Below, piece by piece: positions 61,410-64,000 of a stretch of 64,000 bases of DNA. The DNA is taken from contig CAWBAN010000003.1 in assembly GCA_963786935.1 (NCBI GenBank), positions 1 through 64,000 on the forward strand. Direction: 5' to 3'. Under the pieces are notes generated by a model. That model saw only the letters and a list, made by a program, of their open reading frames with translations. It made no database searches and was not told where the DNA came from. Position 1 is the stretch's first letter, and every line of letters begins with the position of its first letter. Source of the DNA: an uncultured bacterium. GTDB lineage: Bacteria > Krumholzibacteriota > Krumholzibacteriia > Krumholzibacteriales > Krumholzibacteriaceae. A program made the position numbers and the translations under genes.

Positions 61410-62930
61410 GTGAGGATCAACGAACTCATCAGGCGCAAGAGCCTCGACCGGCTGCGGGAAGACGCCGAGAAATCGGGCGGTCTTTCTCTCAAGCGCTCGC
61501 TCGGGCCGTGGGATCTCACCTCGCTCGGTATCGGCGCCGTCATCGGGGCCGGTATCTTCGCCGTGATCGGCACGGCGGCCGCCGGCGGTGCCTCCGGGAA
61601 CGGCGCCGGGCCCGCGGTGACCCTCTCCTTCGTCATCACGGCGATCGCGTGCGCATTCTGCGCGTTCTGCTACGCCGAGTTCGCCGCGCTCGTCCCTATC
61701 GCCGGAAGCGCCTATACGTATTCGTACGCCACGCTCGGCGAGGCGGCGGCCTGGATCGTTGGCTGGACGCTGATGCTCGAGTACGGCATCGGCAACGTCG
61801 CCGTCGCCATCGGATGGTCCGCGTACTGCGATCAGCTCCTCGAAGGGCTCGGCGTGAACGTGCCGGCGTGGCTCGCCGTCGATTGGCGAACCGCGCATCA
61901 GGCGGCCGGCGCCGCGCTCGCCGCGGGGGGGAGCGTGCCCTCGCACATGGCGAAGGCGCTCGAGGCGTGGAACACCGCCCCGGTGATCGGCGGCGCGCAC
62001 GTCATTTTCAACCTGCTGGCCTTCGCCGTCGTCGCTCTCGTCACGTGGATTCTCGTCATCGGGATCAAGGAGTCGGCGCGGTTCAACAACGCGATGGTCG
62101 CGCTCAAGCTCGTCATTCTCGCCTTCTTCATCGTGGTCGGCGCGACATACGTGAAGCCCGAGAACTGGTCCCCGTTCATGCCGAACGGATTCACCGGCGT
62201 GTGGATCGGGGCGAGCCTGATATTCTTCGCCTTCATCGGATTCGACGCCGTCTCGACCGCCGCCGAGGAGTGCCGCAACCCGAGGCGCGACGTGCCGATC
62301 GGCATCATCGCATCGCTCGGGATCTGCACGGTCATCTACGTGGCGACCGCCGCGGTGCTCACGGGGATCGTGCCGTGGGATACGCTCGGAGTCGCCAATC
62401 CTTTGGCGTCCGCGTTCTCCACGATCGGGCTCGGTTGGGCGGCGGGAATCGTGTCGCTCGGCGCGGTCATATCGATGACGGCGGTGCTGCTCGTCTTTCA
62501 GCTCGGCCAGCCGCGGATATTCTTCGCGATGTCGAGGGACGGGCTCCTCCCGAAATATTTCGCGCGGGTTCACCCGAAGTTCCGCACGCCGCACGTGACG
62601 ACCCTGTGGTCGGGGGTGGCGGTCGGATCGATCGCGGCGGTGACGAACATCAACGAGATGGTGGAGCTCACGAACATCGGCACGCTCTTCGTGTTCGTTC
62701 TCGTATGCGCGGGGGTCGTCATTCTGCGGCGCACCGATCCCGCGGCGCCGCGGTCGTTCCGGACGCCGCTCGTGCCGCTGATACCGCTTCTTGGGATGGC
62801 GATGTGCATCTACCTGATGCTCGGCCTTCCGGCGGCGACGTGGCTCCGCTTCGGGCTCTGGCTCGCAGCGGGGCTCGCCGTCTACTTCGCGTACGGATAC
62901 CGGAACAGCTATCTGAAAAAACGCGGCTGA
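61410..62930 (+). CDS. APC-family amino acid permease
   Basis: LKRSLGPWDL..LGIGAVIGAGIF, CYAEFA..VP.AGSAYTY, FFAFIGFD, RIFFAMSRDGLLP. Confidence 0.95.
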   Translation: MRINELIRRKSLDRLREDAEKSGGLSLKRSLGPWDLTSLGIGAVIGAGIFAVIGTAAAGGASGNGAGPAVTLSFVITAIACAFCAFCYAEFAALVPIAGSAYTYSYATLGEAAAWIVGWTLMLEYGIGNVAVAIGWSAYCDQLLEGLGVNVPAWLAVDWRTAHQAAGAALAAGGSVPSHMAKALEAWNTAPVIGGAHVIFNLLAFAVVALVTWILVIGIKESARFNNAMVALKLVILAFFIVVGATYVKPENWSPFMPNGFTGVWIGASLIFFAFIGFDAVSTAAEECRNPRRDVPIGIIASLGICTVIYVATAAVLTGIVPWDTLGVANPLASAFSTIGLGWAAGIVSLGAVISMTAVLLVFQLGQPRIFFAMSRDGLLPKYFARVHPKFRTPHVTTLWSGVAVGSIAAVTNINEMVELTNIGTLFVFVLVCAGVVILRRTDPAAPRSFRTPLVPLIPLLGMAMCIYLMLGLPAATWLRFGLWLAAGLAVYFAYGYRNSYLKKRG

Positions 62931-62957
62931 TCTCCGGGCCGGAGACGTCGTGAGCCG

Positions 62958-63506
62958 TTAGAACGCGATGCCGATGTTGACGAGCCGGATCGTCGGGAGC
63001 GTCGTCGACACGTCCATATCCTCGAGGTCCCCGCCGAAGTAGCGTATCGCCCCGATGCCGAGGCTCAGGGCCATCCGCTTCGGACGCCCGATCAGCCACG
63101 TGTACCCGATATCGATGCCGAATCCGAATGCGGACCCATCGGTGGAGATCCCTTCTTCCTCTTCTGAAACGCTCGTCATGCCGAACCGGCCGCCGAAGAA
63201 GAATCCCTCGGGCGCGATGCCCGCCGGGTAGTACCGGAAGAACACGCTCCCGCTCGTATATGTTTCGTCGCCGTCGTCGAACGTGACATACGATCCGGCG
63301 AAACCGATGGTGCCGCTCGGCATGATGACGCGCTCATATTCGACGTTCCACCAGAGGAACATATCGAGAATCGGATTCGTCGATATGATGTTCAGCCGAA
63401 CCGGGGACGCCGCGGCGCCTTCATCGGCGGCGAATACGGGGCTCGATGCGGCCGCGGCGAAGAGACAAGCCGCGAGCAGAAACGCCGAAAACAGTGACCG
63501 TCTCAT
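62958..63506 (-). CDS. Small outer-membrane beta-barrel (DUF3575-like)
   Basis: Signal peptide; NIISTNP..NVEYER, FRYY, GIDIGYTW, terminal NIGIAF. Confidence 0.75.
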   Translation of the reverse strand: MRRSLFSAFLLAACLFAAAASSPVFAADEGAAASPVRLNIISTNPILDMFLWWNVEYERVIMPSGTIGFAGSYVTFDDGDETYTSGSVFFRYYPAGIAPEGFFFGGRFGMTSVSEEEEGISTDGSAFGFGIDIGYTWLIGRPKRMALSLGIGAIRYFGGDLEDMDVSTTLPTIRLVNIGIAF

Positions 63507-63669
63507 ATCCTCTCCTCTCGTTTGGATGTGTTCTGTCCTCTCGCTGAAACCTATGTGGAGATGATTCGATAGGAAGCATGAGAATCGAGATGCTGTCAAC
63601 AGCTAAGTGCCGCGGCTCGATCAATCGCCCGGGCGAATCGTCGTTTCAGCCGCGGGGCGTCGGAGTCCA

Positions 63670-63814
63670 TAAACGAATAGGCGGGAGGATCGCTCCCGCC
63701 TATCCGCTCGACGCACATCGATCAATCCGGGAAAGCGACCGCTCTCGATGATTGGGGGTAACCGGCGCATCCCACAACGGGCGCCGGCCGAGCTATGGGC
63801 CGTTCCCTTCTTGC
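63670..63814 (-). ncRNA. Candidate structured small RNA or long leader (family not recognised)
   Basis: Lies between a perfect sigma70 promoter and an 11-bp hairpin; nested stems; no credible ORF. Confidence 0.4.
63677..63703 (-). terminator. Hairpin ataggcgggag-gatcg-ctcccgcctat
   Basis: Perfect 11-bp stem; weak U-tract (tcgttt) on the minus strand. Confidence 0.55.
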
Positions 63815-63820
63815 ATGAGC

Positions 63821-63849
63821 ATTATATCGAAATCATAACAATTTGTCAA
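63821..63849 (-). promoter_or_regulatory. Perfect sigma70 promoter TTGACA-N17-TATAAT
   Basis: The plus strand has attata (63821-26), 17 nt, then tgtcaa (63844-49). Confidence 0.85.
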
Positions 63850-63989
63850 TATTTCATTCAAAATATGCGGCGACTTATCTCGTTATAAATGAATAGGTTA
63901 ATCGGCCCGTTGCGGCTTTCTTCTGGCCCGCTTTATGCGATGAATTTCCCGGGGGAGTCTCGTTGATTCCCCCATATGGAGGAAGCATT

Positions 63990-64000
63990 ATGAGAAACGT
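63990..64000 (+). CDS. Probable start of a gene running off the window
   Basis: GGAGG RBS followed by ATG AGA AAC. Confidence 0.4.

Noticed and set aside
63780..63820. SAM-I or cobalamin riboswitch (AAGGGAA..GGCCC fragment)
   Set aside because: The remaining conserved elements (GCAACC/GGUGC; the B12 box) are absent.
1..64000. CRISPR arrays, tRNA/rRNA, IS elements, prophage
   Set aside because: No regularly spaced repeats, RNA-gene signatures, transposase, integrase or phage genes were recognised by eye.

Overview
GC-rich (about two-thirds G+C by eye) diderm bacterial chromosome segment, probably from an FCB-affiliated candidate phylum. That placement is inferred from a YPNPFNP-type C-terminal domain on a secreted protease and a short TWGxIK C-terminal motif. 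I found no rRNA, tRNA, CRISPR array, transposase or phage genes. Contents: two Ser/Thr-kinase receptor-like genes, many secreted peptidases (M6, M28, M48, M14, two tricorn/S41, NfeD), SSS/APC/DMT/GDT1/TrkH transporters, a MacAB-like ABC exporter, pstSCAB-B-phoU, fbp and several outer-membrane barrels. Single-base frameshifts are clustered (1-1.1 kb, 35.4-38.6 kb, and a few singles) and look like long-read assembly errors. The most interesting item is a translationally coupled operon at 9205-14037: a radical SAM/SPASM enzyme with a probable PqqD/RRE-like N-terminus, a single-pass membrane protein whose cytoplasmic tail ends in Gly-rich plus (Cys-Ala)n repeats (10 Cys in the last 40 aa), a TPM lipoprotein, a divergent LemA and an arylsulfotransferase-like protein. 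It is a candidate system for radical-SAM modification of a membrane-protein tail. Other leads: a PstB pair with complementary degenerate motifs, a candidate structured ncRNA behind a perfect sigma70 promoter, a secreted TPR-SagB fusion, and a very AT-rich intergenic island next to a DnaA box. All family calls come from motif recognition by eye; no database searches were run.
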